The notes beneath the pieces are model-generated. The model had not been told where the DNA came from. It did no database searches and saw nothing but the letters and a program-made list of their open reading frames with translations. Source: Podarcis muralis (Eukaryota). Taken from it: a stretch of DNA of 64,000 nucleotides. Shown piece by piece: positions 22,183 through 35,218 of the stretch (the stretch's first letter is position 1; every line of letters begins with the position of its first letter). Made by a program: the position numbers and the translations under genes. The DNA lies in the NCBI RefSeq assembly GCF_964188315.1, contig NC_135667.1, positions 13,330,001 to 13,394,000 of the forward strand, read 5' to 3'.

Positions 22183-22340
22183 CATGTCACTCTATTCCAA
22201 ATTGGTGCTTTCCCACACGCTTCCCCTCCCTCAAACCAGATTTTCTTATACCAGAATACTCCAAACATAAGAAGGTATGAGAAAATCTGGATTAAGGGAG
22301 GGGAAGGGTTTGGGAAGGCAGCAATGTAGATGAGGACATC
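22183..22340. mobile_element. Degenerate palindromic MITE-like element
   Basis: Arms 22220-22252 and 22274-22306 are reverse complements with 3 mismatches; weaker pairing extends outwards. Confidence 0.65.
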
Positions 22341-23319
22341 ATATGGACAATGGAGAATTAATGGACGTTCTTACTATCCATATTAAACAACAGTATGGAT
22401 GAGCCAAGAGACATTCCTGTTTCTCCATCATATGATACGAAAACAACTACAAAGCTTTCTAAACCAGAATGAAGAAGCAGCAAATTCATGAAATATGAAC
22501 AACTGTGAACTGGTATCAGAGGAAGATCCCTGGAACAGTGAGTGAAGATGTTTATTATAGCAAATCAGATTCTTACCTTCATGCGACCCCAGCCCACCAA
22601 TTTTGGCACTGCACCCATGCAGACCCACCTCTCTTTCATTCTTACCTCAGTCTCCTTTGACTGATTCTTTGCCTCCATCGCATTCGAAACATTGAACCAT
22701 CACCCTGAAGATATCTCATAAATGTTGTGCTTGTGTGCTCACTGTCCTATGTGTCTTATAGTGGAACATGGAGAGAAGAAAAAGTGGGCCTGTTCACATA
22801 TCACAGCTTTGATGCATCTGACACATATCTAATTGGTTCATGGGAATGAGTACCTCAGTAACCATGTCATTAGTATCCACCAAAACACTGATTGCCTCCC
22901 TCTGGCATACTGAAGCACTGGGGAACCTCTGCACATAATTGCTGTTTTTCTGGGCTCAGCTTCCTAAGCATGGACGTGTTGAAGCAAACCAAATGGATAC
23001 AGTGTGTTATGGGAGAGGTTCCATGGTCATCCGGAATTGTGACAGAAGGGGCATTCTGATCCCAATCAAGTCCCATAGAAAGAAATTGTCACAAGGGACT
23101 GAGGGAAAGAGCCACCCTTCCTGGAGTCTCATGTGGATACAGACCCTTGGGTTCAACATCTTTCCTTTCCTTTTTGGGCAGCTGATGGTAGAGATAAATA
23201 AGCAATGGTTTTAAAAGGAGGGACAACTCAGTGGTAGGAAGGCTAGTCTTTATCTTTTCTTTTCCCCCTCCCCTTTGAAACATCTACATGTAAGAATGAA
23301 CAAATCTACTGGGTCAATG

Positions 23320-23324
<5 letters not shown>

Positions 23325-23368
<44 letters not shown>
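23325..23368. repeat. (TA)n microsatellite
   Basis: Direct reading. Confidence 0.95.
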
Positions 23369-23369
<1 letters not shown>

Positions 23370-23370
<1 letters not shown>

Positions 23371-24690
23371 GTTTTACAATTTCAAATAAACATTTTACAG
23401 ACTTCCAAATGACTTCCCTTCTTCTCTTTCCATGGTTCATTTTACATATCTTACATCCCTGCACATTTTACTATAACCATTCAAATCAGTTTTCCAGTAC
23501 AGTGGTACCTCGGGTTACATACGCTTCAAGTTACATATGCTTCAGGTTACAGACTCCGCTAACTCAGAAATAGTACCTCGGGTTAAGAACTTTGCTTCAG
23601 GATGAGAACAGAAATCATGCAGCGGCGGTGCAGTGGCAGCAGGAGGCCCCATTAGCTAAAGTGGTGCTTCAGGTTAAGAACAGTTTCAGGTTAAGAACAG
23701 ACCTCCAGAACGAATTAAGTTCTTAACCTGAGGTACCACTGTATTATATCCCTCAAGAATTATTTAAATATTATAAAGATTGAGTTTATCTTCATGCTTC
23801 CAGCGTTTTCAGCTATACACACTTATTTTCCATATACTCAATAAACTTTTTCCAATCTTCTTTAAACGTATATTCTTCTTGCTCTTTTATTCTATATGTT
23901 AAGTCTGCAAGTTGTGCATATTCTGTCAACGTAGTTTGCCAATCCTCTTTAGTTGAAACACCGCTCACTTTCCATTTTTGGGGCTAACAAAACTTGAGCC
24001 GCAGATGTTGAATACATCAATATTTCTGACAACTAGGACTTTCGGTCTGGGTTATCCTCAGCAGAAAGGACTCTGGGTTTAGGGGGAAAGTAATATTAAA
24101 CATTTTTTTTAGTTCATTATAAATCATTTCCCAATACTCTTTTACCATTTTACATGTGAAATAACATTCCCTCCACACCTTTACACTTCCAGCACTTACT
24201 TGATTCTGTCTTGTAAATCTTAGCCAACCCACTTGGAGTTAAATAACATCTATGAATCATTTTCAAATAGTTCTCTTTCAAAGAATAACATGCTGTAAAT
24301 TTCAAGTCACTTTTCCAAAGTTTCTCCCAGAGGTTAAGATCTATATTGTGTCCTTTATCTATTGCCCAGTGTGTCATTGAAGCTTTAACAAGCTCATTTT
24401 TGTTTCCCATTTTAATAAAAGATAATGTATTTTAGACAAAAGTTTATCTTTGTTTTACAAGAGTTCTGTTTTGAATTGTGAGCTATGGTCCAAAAAACAG
24501 TTCTTTCTGTCTAATTTAAACATATCATGTAACTGATGATATTGCAACCAGTCTGCAACTTGACTCCTTAGGTTTTTAATTAGTTTCAGTTTGGGTTCCA
24601 GCCCCACCCCACCCCACCCCCCGGTAAAATCCAGCAATTCCCTGTAAGTCACTTATTGTCTATCCATATTAACTCTTTAATTGTAATTGC
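23370..24690 (-). mobile_element. Degraded L1-clade LINE 3' fragment
   Basis: Minus-strand pieces ELVKASMTHWAIDKG...ENYLKMIHRCYLTP...CWKC...FHM and YWEMIYNELKK; interrupted by a MITE. Confidence 0.8.
23500..23741. mobile_element. Tc1/mariner-type MITE inside the L1 fragment
   Basis: TA-CAGTGGTACCTC...GAGGTACCACTG-TA. Confidence 0.9.
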
Positions 24691-24969
24691 CTTGTTAGGA
24701 GAAAGCCATAAAGGTGATTTTCTTTCCAGCAGTTTTTATATTTCTCCCAAACTCTATACAGATTCTTCCTAAGAATGTGGTTCATAAAACTCTTATAGGG
24801 ACTGGTAGTTTTGCTTTTAATCTGCTGCGTTTTCTAAATGTTGTTGACTGCTTTGAAGAGTCAAATAAAAAATGGGATATAAAACAAAAAGCTATGGAAG
24901 CCTTTTCCACTACCACCACCACACTCTAAACATATTCAGTAAACATATTCTTTGATTTTTTTCCCCCAG

Positions 24970-25961
24970 ACATGGATGATTGTTTTCAATATCCAGAAGA
25001 TCAGTACCCAAACATTGGCCAGGATATATGTCTTCCAAAAGATATTAGCTTCCTGTCTTATGATGAACCTCTGGGAATCAGTTTAGTCACTTTTGCTCTT
25101 TTATTGACTTTCATTACAGCTTTGGTGCTTAGGATCTTCATCAAGCACAAAGACACTCCCATAGTCAAAGCCAACAATCGGACCCTCACCTATGTTCTCC
25201 TCATAGCCCTCTTTCTCTCCTTCCTTTGTCCTTTGCTATTCATTGGCCAGCCCACAAAAATAACCTGTCTCCTTCAACAAACTGCTTTTGCAGTGATCTT
25301 CTCAGTAGCAGTGTCTTGCATCTTAGCAAAAACAAGTAGCTTTCATGCCTACCAAGCCAGGGTCCAGAATGAGGAGATGGGTGGGGAACATAGCTCTAAA
25401 CTTTTCCCTTTTCTTGCAAGGAATCCTATTCGGAATAAGGGAATTTCCCTTTTTAAAGGGGAAACGTTTACAGCGATGGAGGGGAAACATGTGGCCATCT
25501 CCATTGTTCTTTTCAGTTTCCTCATTCAAATGATGATTTGTAGTGCCTGGCTGATAGTTGCTCCCCCACTCCCTGATTTAGACAAGCTCTCAGCGACTAA
25601 AGAAATTGTACTGCAATGTAACGAAGGATCAGTCACCATGTTCTACTGTGTCCTAGGCTTCATGGGAATGCTGGCCATGGTCAGTTTCACTGTGGCTTTC
25701 CTAGCTAGGAAGTTACCAGACAGTTTTAATGAAGCCAAGTTCATCACCTTCAGCATGTTGGTCTTTTGCAGTGTGTGGCTGTCCTTTGTTCCAACCTACC
25801 TGAGTACCAAGGGAAAGTACATGGCGGCTGTGGAGCTCTTTTCTATATTGGCCTCTAGTTTTGGGTTACTGGGCTGCATCTTCTTCCCCAAATGTTACTA
25901 TGTCATTTTGGTGAGGCCAGAGTTAAACAGCAGGGGACAGCTTGTCATAAGAAAGAATTAA
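24970..25961 (+). pseudogene. Orphan V2R exon 6 (7TM) with ~11-bp deletion and 98-bp MITE insertion; frame stays open
   Basis: cag|AC ATG GAT; [37 protein letters not shown]; no upstream V2R exons recognised. Confidence 0.85.
25389..25478. mobile_element. 90-bp palindromic MITE in V2R exon 6
   Basis: catagctctaaac...gtttacagcgatg TIR (2 mismatches); 8-bp TSD gtggggaa/gaggggaa. Confidence 0.8.
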
Positions 25962-26844
25962 AGCATGAACAAGTCTATTTGACAAAACTGTTCCCCAAAG
26001 CCAATACAGCAGCCCATGTTGCTGGTCTCCCTGGACTTTCCCCTGGCAAAGTACTCTGATACCATCAAGGAACACAGACAGCTCTGTGGGCATGAAGCAT
26101 AGCAGAGCCACCCTTCCAAGTTCGTTCTTCTCTGAATTTGATGTTCTTTCCCCCTCATACTAAAGTTTAAAAAGGAACACTTCTGTACAAATATTTTAAA
26201 TTATGAATTAAAAGCTAAGGGTTGCATTTCAGACTACTAGATATATTGTTGTAAAATTCATCATATTTTACAAGTGATTTAAAAACCATGGAAGCGTAGT
26301 TCCAAGTAACTACTATGTGTAGGGTTGCAGTCATGCCACATGGCTGGTGTGAATCCAGGTCTGCTCATCCTGACTACACCATACTACATTTTGGGATCTC
26401 CATTGGTTCCAAGGTCTTCTGTGATGAACTTCTAACTTCTAACTTTACCAATACACCACTGGCCCCTTATTATCGAATGAAAGGAAATTAAAAATAACAG
26501 TCCTGAATATGTGACAAACACATTTCCCTCAGCAGTTCCACAGGGAATCCCTAGCTCTGAATACCTACATTCCTGCTTGGTTATTAACAGAGCTATAATT
26601 AAATCTGCTCCTCCTCAAAAAAAAAATCCCTCTGGATTTTCACTGGCAACTGGCAACATAACACAAAGGATACAGCAACTTAACCAGAATTACTTAAATA
26701 GTGTCTGGGATACACCCAGATTGCATCCTCCTCAGGAAACTTAACCACCATTCAAATGAGACAATTTTTATCTTGGAGAAGCTGATTATACTATTGCCAG
26801 TGAAATCCTGGTTTCTGTGTAGAACAAACAGTTGCCCTTGCTGG

Positions 26845-29800
26845 ATGGTGGTTTTAGTGGTCTCGCTGCTGAAACTGATTTCTTACAATGTATGTCAGGC
26901 TCACATAGGAAAATGCAGGCTCCAAAGTCCACACCGTCCACTTCAAACGTACCATCAGCCAGGAGAGTTCCTCATTGGTGGTATTGTTTTCCATGGTGGC
27001 TTCATCTCCTCTCCAGCAACATTCACTGAGGAACCCGCACCAGCACTGCCTGAAGAGCTTGTGTAAGAACTAAGCCACTCATTCATTACAGCAGAGGAAT
27101 GATCAAACCTAGAGCATAATGGCTGAGGCTGCAAACATCTACCCACTGACCTAGGGATAAGCACTTTTGATTTCAGTGGGACATATGCTGATGTAAAAAT
27201 ACATAGGAATGTCTTCTGAATTAAGAGAATACTCTAGATGTTCCCATTTCTTGATAGGGAAATGAATATAAATGTATTGAAATGTATATATATTTATGTG
27301 TCTGAGATAGCCTCTTTGAACAGTTGATTTTGATAGACTTTATCTGAACAGGAGTGTTAGTGAAAATGAATTAAAAAAACTTCACAGAAGCTGAATGCTC
27401 ATTGTTTCATTCCTGATCTTAGGCTAAAGCTTGTTTCCCAGTGACAGCATATAATTCTGTGAATTACAACCACCAACTCTGCCTCATGAATAAGGAAGGG
27501 GTCATTGCAGGGGAGAGCTCAGACACTTTGTAAATGTCAGGAAAAGACTTCAGACGTTTCAGAGAAAGACCCCAGGGGTTCCAATGTTCCTATGGGCACC
27601 ACATTAGCAACCCCTGGTCTAGATACCATTGGCCTTAACAGGTCTTTACTTGGACAAAACTAACAAAATGTATTTCAGTAGGGACAAATGTCAGGTGCTG
27701 CACTTAGGCAGGAAATACCAGCTGCACAAATGTAAGATGGGGAACACCTGGCTTGCCAGTAGTACATCTGAAAAGTCTGCATCAACAGAAGCATAGTGCC
27801 CCAATAAAAACACACACACAGAAGACATCTCTTCTGCGCTGTGCAGAACACACCTGGTGTATTGTGTTCAGTTGTGTTCAGCACAATTTAAGGATACTGA
27901 CAAGCTACAACATGTGCAGAAGAGGTTGACACATATGATCAAGGGTCTGGAAGCCAAACCTTATGACAAAAAGGTTGAGGGGTTTGGTATGTTTAACTAT
28001 GAAAATAGGAGACTAAGGAGATATAGGATAGCCATTTTCAAATATCTCAAGGGCTGTCACCAGGAAGATGGAGCAAGCTTGTTTTTTCTTGCTCCAGAGG
28101 GTAGGACCCGAACCAATGGATTCCAGTTACAAGAAAGGAGATTCTGTGCAAACATGAGGAAGAACTTGCTGATTATAAGAACTGTTCAGCAGTGGAATGG
28201 ACAGGAAGTACTATTGTTAATCATATCTGTTCCTTCTGATACTGTTTGCAAATCTCATTCTAGGGTGGTGCCTAAGCTTTACCAGCACATCGTGGCCTTG
28301 GCATTTGCAGTCAAGGAGATCAATGAAGACCCTCACATCCTACCCAATATGACCTTGGGCTTTAACTTATATGACAGCTATAACAATGCAAGGAGCACAT
28401 ATCTTGCCACACTGTTGCTTTTATCCATGGTGGAGAAATTTGTCCCAAACTATATATGTGATGTTGAAAATAATCTGGCAGGGGTCATTGGGGGACTTGA
28501 TTCTGAAATCTCCTTTTATGTGGCAACAGTTTTGGATATCTATAAGATTCCACAGGTAAGACACCCATGTACAATACCTCTCTTAGCTTGCATAGAGAAT
28601 AAGGCTGAATTCACAGCACCAGTTCAGAGTGTGTCACCAGTTCAGGGCAGAACTGGGGGCAGAACCATGCACACCACCCTCACCAGCCATTTTTGGATTT
28701 GCAGCATTTCCTGCTTAACGAGAAGGGTATCTGAATTGAGTTGCAGGGGAAGCTGGGGAATTGCTTCTAGGATAAAAATTCACAAGTATTTCCAAGTACA
28801 ATAATTATTTGCCTTCACCACACCACACCCAATATGTGAATGTTTAGGGGGAAAGGGCTTTCAAATTAAACACACTCTGGAGCTTTGGCAAATTGCAGAT
28901 ATTGTCCAGTTGTGCAGAAGAACAGCAATAGTATTGAGCAGCTGGTTCCAAAGTGAAATAAATGTTCATAGATGAAGTCTAAGAAGTCTTGAAGGAGAAA
29001 AGGCAGAAATGGCAGTTCTGCTGTGTGTTGGGGCATGTGCTTTGTGAAGACAAAAGATGCTCCAGAGAAGAAATGTGCATCTGACCCAAGTTGCAATTCT
29101 GAAGTGGCTGCAGTAAATAATGTCTAACACAGTGTTAGGCAATCCTTTGTTTAGGACATTGTGTGTCCCTATGTTCAGTTTAACCCTGCCAAATTGGGAA
29201 ACTTTTTTTTTTAAAAAAAGAATATAGTAGGGAAAATGCCCCCTCTCTGGTCAACAGAACAAATGTTTAACAGGAATGGGAGATGACCTCAGTTTTCAGC
29301 CCATCTGCATGTGTGTCTTTTGTATAAATGAGAAAGGGCATGCAACCCCTGGTGGGTGGCAAAGGGCATGTCTGACTAACAGGATTCACCACAAAATGTA
29401 TATTAATATTTTGAAAGAACTATGCAAATATTACTTTGCCTCTTCTCTTCCTCCATTCCCTCTTTAGCTCATTTATGGATCTGCTCCAGTGATGAATGAG
29501 AAAAGCCCAGGACTTCCCTTCTACCAGATGGCAGCCTCAGAATCCCTTCAGTATGAGGGAATTCTCTCTTTGCTTCTGCATTTTAGGTGGACGTGGATTG
29601 GAGTTATTGCAATGGACAATGAAAATGGAGAAAGATTTGTGCAAACCATTTCCCCAATGTTTACCAAGAGTGGTGTCTGCTTTGCATTCATAGAAAGAAT
29701 CCCCAATTTTAGTTTTGTATCTGAAATGTATGGCATGCTACAACAAGCGGCCAATATACAAGATCATATTTTTAGCAGCAAAGCTAACGTAGTGGTTGCC

Positions 29801-32800
29801 TCTGGAGAATCTTTTTCCATGGCAACTTTTAGATGGCTTTCATACCTATCAGAACATGATGACATGACCAAGAAAGTAAAGAGTAAAGTATGGATAACAA
29901 CTGCCCAGGTTGAGTTCGCTTCATTTGTCATTCAAAGGTACTGGGGTTCAGAAATATTCAATGGCGCTATAGCCTTTGAAATTCACTTTAGAAACCCACC
30001 AGGATTTTATCAGTATGTTCTGCACAGAAACCCTTCCAGCACAGATGGGGACGGTTTTATCAGGGACTTCTGGCAACAGGCCTTTGAATGTGTATTCCCA
30101 GATATCACTGAAGACAAGGTGGAGGGGAATATTTGCACTGGAGAAGAGAAGCTGGAGAGCCTTCCTGGATCATTTTTTGAAATGAGCATGACAGGCCACA
30201 GTTACAGCATCCACTGTGCTGTTTATGCCATGGCCCATGCCTTACATGCCATGTCCAAATCCAGACTCAGGCACAGAGGAATTGCATATGGCGGGAGAGG
30301 GAAGAATCCGAAACAAGAGTTTTGGCAGGTAAAGGCTGAACATCCTCAACTGTGAAAGCCCTGTTACTTCTTGGCACTGTATGGGTTCCCAAAATGCTAT
30401 CAGCTTACTCTTTCCTCTCAGAGTTCAAACACTGTATGTGGAAGAAGAACCCAGAACTGAATTTATAATTCTGCAGACAGAGTAGGAGGTACAATGATAT
30501 GATGGTATCCTAGATGATTTCCCCATATATTTTTCTGCTTGCAAATAGCTGTAGAATCTATAGGGAAGGCAAATGATGGTTGTGTCCTTCTTTGGGCAGT
30601 TATTGCCCCATGTCTGAGGAGAAAGCATTTGTTATGATGGAAGCTTTGCAACCCAATGAGATCCCATGCCATTCATAGATAGCAAGCAGTGGTAATGGTT
30701 GAGAGAGATGTTCAGCACTCCCTCTATCCCATATCAACCAAATCCTTTCTTAGAGCTGGTGGTCACAAACCACTGCCGTGTCTTCTGAGATGCACAGGGA
30801 GGGAGGGACGGAGAGAGAGAGAAAGATAGAGATCGCTGCTTAAACATATTTAATTTGTGGACAATCAGAGAAAGAAGGATTGTAAGGAAGATTGAGAGAG
30901 ATGCATGTGTGTGAAAGAAAATTGGTTGACTCTCTCCATGCTTGGGCCTGAATCTGCTGACAATTGACTAAATCACCCCCACCATTTGCTGTAGGTTCTT
31001 CCCAGAGAGAAAAAATGCTCCTCCCTGCATTAGACTGCAGTCTTTTCTAAACCCCTTTCTTTTCTGCTTTCAATCTAGCTCCATCACTTTCTGAGAAGCA
31101 TCTCATTTAACAATACAGCAGGAGATGTGGTCTTCATCAACCAGAATGGAGAGGCAGCATCTAGCTTGGATATTATCAATTGCATTATATTCGCCAACCA
31201 AAGTTTGCATCGAGTGAGAGTTGGGAGGATAGATCCACAAGCTTCTCCAGACCAATCATTACTCCTTGATGAAGATGCCATAACATGGCACAGTTGGTTT
31301 AATCAGGTAGGGTTGCATTGTTTGCTAATTCAAAAGAGATTCAGTATTGAATAAGCAATCATTATTCACCTGCAGGTCTACTCCCTGTTTTTTGAGCCAC
31401 AAATTGAGGAGTGGTGTATGACCAAAGCACTGAAGTATCAAATTAAGAGCCAAAAGCTTACTGCTAGAAGCCACACATGGATTAAAAGCAAATATTTTAT
31501 TAAGGAGGCTACAAAGCAGAAGGACCCTTTTACTACAAAATACAGTTAAGCAAGGCTAACAGTGTAAATATGCCTTAGGAGATCCTAGTTCAAATTAAAA
31601 TAATAAAAACTAGATTATCTCACCCTAATCCCACCCATGCACAGACCCCACTACAAGTGCATCCATGCAAATGTGGTTTTTGCATCACACAATTCATCAT
31701 CTGAATGTGGGTCATTATCTCCACATCAAATACCAGTTTTTCTTTGGAAGGGCATGGATATAGAAGGGCAGGTTTTCTTCCAGTCAAATGGAGCCTCTGG
31801 GTATATTTCCCCAGCACAAGAGGGTATACATGCTCAGAGACCATGAAGCTACAAAGTGGATTTGGAACACTTCCCAAGGAAGCATCTGATGGATCCATGA
31901 ACAGATGTACCTACTGGCACCAAAATCAGTTCTAGAGCTGTCTACCTAGTGGGCTACAAACTCAAATCAGCAATTATAACAAAATTAACAGGGTAACTTC
32001 AAAGTGTACCTTATGGACAGAGCAATTTTTGCAGAACAGATGCACACCCCAGAGCAATATAGAGGGAACATCACATAATTTCAAACATTACTACTAATAA
32101 TAAGAAAATAATAAACCATTACAGATTACTGAAAAGCTGTGTCAGCTTAGTAACACAGAGAAAGGACCGAGAACATAAAGGGTTCCAAATTCATTAGTGT
32201 CTTGATGAACCTTCTGCTGTTTCATTTATGGATTAGATTCAGCCTCTTTCTGTCTGTACTGAGAGATGTCTTCCAGGATTCAGCAAGAAAGTGAAGGAGG
32301 GACAGCCCCCTTGCTGCTACGATTGCATCCCATGTGCTGAGGGGAAGATTGCAAACCAGGATGGTAAGAGAAATAGATAGATTAGTACTTAGCATTGAAA
32401 GGTGCTGTAAGGATGACTGAGTTTGTTTCAAAAGAGATGATCTACTATGTGAAGAAGTTGTTGTTGTTGTTGTTTAGTCATTTAGTCCTGTCCGACTCTT
32501 CGTGACCCCATGGACCAGAGCACGTCAGGCACTTCTGTCTTCCACTGCCTCCCGCAGTTTGGTCAAACTCATGCTGGTAGCTTCGAGAACACTATCCAAC
32601 CATCTCGCTCTCTGTCGTCCCCTTCTCCTTGTGCCCTCCATCTTTCCCAACATCAGGGTCTTTTCCAGGGAGTCTTCTTTTCTCATGAAGTAGTCAAAGT
32701 ATTGGAGCCTCAGCTTCAGGATCTATCCTTCCAGTGAGCACTCAGGGCTGATTTCCTTAAGAATGGATGGGCTTGTTCTTCTTGCAGTCCATGGGACTCT

Positions 32801-34575
32801 CAAGAGTCTCCTCGGCACCATAATTCAAAAGCATCAATTCTTCAGCGATCAGCCTTCTTTATGGTCCAGCTCTCACTTCCATACAACACTACTGGGAAAA
32901 CCATAGCTTTTACTATAAGAAGAAGATAGATAAACTTTATTCGCATTAGCCACCAGCCATAGTAACATAAAACAAGCAATATATACAAATAAGAAGACAA
33001 CAATGGGTAAAAAGGGCAATCAAATGACCAAGATTATCATTCAGATAGTGGCCCTTAATCTCATTGCACCCTCAATAAACCTGGCAACCTTTGCTGTTGT
33101 CTGATCATTTTGATCTGATAAAAGAAAGAACGATGTGGGGCAGATGGGCGACCTGGGATGGTAAGTAAGAGTGGGGTGATGATCTCATTCCTCAGATCTT
33201 TATAAAGGGGACAGGACAGGAGAACATGAGCCACTGTTTCCAGATTGCCATCTCCAAAGGGGCAGAGTCATTTATCAGTTGTTTGTGTGATCCTGCCTCT
33301 TTGTGATCATTGCCCTTCAGATAGTCTAAATATGTTAATCTAATGAGAATGACTCTGCATTGAGAGTAGCAAGGTGGTATGTGGTTCAAATCATATCTAG
33401 AAGGGGCTTTTCATTCCTTTTGACTTACACAGGCTACACCCAGGCTAGTGTAATGATATGTTCCAAAATTGTGAGGAGGAATGGCCCTGGCTCTGCAATT
33501 TACAGACCAATAGCTCTGAACCAATTAAATGCAACAATACCACATTACAGAGCATCAGACAGTATTAAACGTGTTTTAATTTGAGCAGAGCTCTTTTCTT
33601 CTCAGACAGAAAGTCAACATTTCAGGAAGCTGATGTGATATGAACTAAAGGTCATTTCCTTATTTTTTTCCAGATATGAATGACTGTCATAAATGCCCAG
33701 ACAAAGAATATCCAAGCAAGAACCGCGATGGATGTCTACCCAAGGATATCAGCTTCTTGTCTTATGAAGAACCTTTGGGCATCAGTTTAGCCTGTTTCTC
33801 TCTTTCCCTTTCCTTGATCACAGCTCTGGTACTAGGTACATTTATAAAACACCATGACACACCCATTGTCATTGCAAACAACCGAAACCTCACCTATGCT
33901 CTCCTCATCTCTCTCCTGCTCTGCTTCCTTTGTGCATTGCTCTTCATTGGCCGACCTGAGAAGGTGACGTGTCTCCTCCGACAAACAGCTTTTGGCATCA
34001 TCTTCTCAACTGCTGTTTCATGTGTCCTGGCAAAAACCTTCATGGTGGTTTTGGCCTTCATGGCTACAAAACCAGAATCCAAGATGAGGAAATGGGTGGG
34101 GAAAGGACTTGGCCACTCCATTCTCCTTTCCTGTTCCATTGTTCAAGCAGGGATATGTACTGTGTGGCTGACAACCTCTCCCCCATACCCTGATGTGGAC
34201 ATGCATTCAATGACAGAACAAATGATACTAGAATGTAATGAAGGGTCTGTGGTCATGTTTTCCTGTGTCCTCATCTACATGAGCTGCCTGGCCACTGTAA
34301 GTTTTGCTGTGGCTTTCCTCGCCAGGAAGTTACCAGACAGTTTCAACGAAGCCAAGTTTATCACTTTCAGCATGTTGGTCTTCTGCAGTGTTTGGCTGTC
34401 CTTTATTCCCTCCTACCTGAGCACCAAGGGAAAATATATGGTGGCTGTGGAGATCTTCTCCATCTTAGCCTCCGGTGGTGGTTTGCTGGGCTGCATCTTT
34501 TCCCCCAAATGTTACATAATCATTCTGAGGCCTGAGCTGAACAATAGGGAACAGCTAATAAGGAAGAAAAAGTAA
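26845..34575 (+). CDS. V2R gene B, complete, 875 aa (exons 26845-27062, 28264-28555, 29468-30328, 31079-31306, 32237-32363, 33674-34575)
   Basis: All introns GT-AG; lengths 218+292+861+228+127+902=2628 nt; no in-frame stops; signal peptide, VFT, cysteine-rich and 7TM domains. Confidence 0.93.
27650..28203 (+). mobile_element. Old CR1 3' fragment in intron 1 of gene B
   Basis: Homologous to the ORF2 end of the CR1 at 12000-12650 ([17 protein letters not shown]...). Confidence 0.85.
32457..32917 (-). mobile_element. BovB (RTE) 3' fragment
   Basis: (CAA)n tail and the characteristic BovB 3' end; the copy at 45420 translates as [16 protein letters not shown]...LEKTLMLGK. Confidence 0.9.
32918..33283 (-). 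mobile_element. 5'-truncated non-LTR retrotransposon (CCHC C-terminus), clade not assigned
   Basis: Minus strand [26 protein letters not shown]...LLSDQ...KVARF...stop, AATAAA and (TTC)n tail. Confidence 0.7.
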
Positions 34576-34672
34576 ATAAATAATAACCTGTCCTTTGCTG
34601 TATCTTGTGCTTTTTTCTTTGTGTCCAGTTGAATATTTGCAAACACTTGTTCAGCAGCTGCCTTACATAATT

Positions 34673-34725
34673 TTTTCCTAGATTTTTTTCCTAGATTTTT
34701 TTCCTAGATTTTTTTCTAGATTTTC
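34673..34725. repeat. ~13-bp T(n)CCTAGA VNTR in V2R 3' flank (4 units here; 8 at 47455-47560; 2 at 58700-58730)
   Basis: Direct count. Confidence 0.85.
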
Positions 34726-35218
34726 CTTGTGGTGATTGATGTTAGGCAATCATAGATATTGACTATTGAATTCACTCTGGAAAAAAGAGTGAACAGAGTC
34801 ATTTTCTGTGTTGGGGAACCAAGAAGCTGTCAGCTCCCAGGAAGCCTGACAAAGTTAAGGGACTTATGAGTAGAAGAACCATCATCCTGCCTCATTTTGG
34901 CATTTATTGAATAATTCCTCAATGTTCAAAAAGCCACATTGTCTCCTGATTTTGAAGTGCATGTTAGAATGCTGAAGACAAATGTACAGAATTCAAGTGA
35001 CACTGTCATAATGTCTATTTTGTCTCTTCCTTAATGTGGGTGAAGGATTCCAGTTATAGAGAAGTTCACCACATAAATATGATGTACACTCAAGAATTCA
35101 TATTATTTCCATATGACAGTATCAATCCATTCCTTCACTGCAGAGAAATAAATATGAAATAAAAGCTCCACAACTTATGTTTGGATTGTATAAAAACTAC
35201 TTTATCACTTACTATCAG

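Noticed and set aside
22860-23283. Overlapping short ORFs that might be a transposase or a V2R exon
   Set aside because: No catalytic or V2R motif recognisable in any frame.
25958-26158. Short ORFs recurring in every unit (e.g. 25958, 37362, 50216, 59512; 31620, 44579, 56452; 33360, 46148, 57390)
   Set aside because: Recurrence is explained by recent segmental duplication; no recognisable domain and lengths vary with indels.
27857-28804. 315-aa ORF fusing CR1 RT C-terminus to V2R exon 2
   Set aside because: A normal acceptor at 28263 and donor at 28556 explain it; paralogous units have stops in the CR1 part (39765-39767, 52455-52457), so the continuous frame is incidental.
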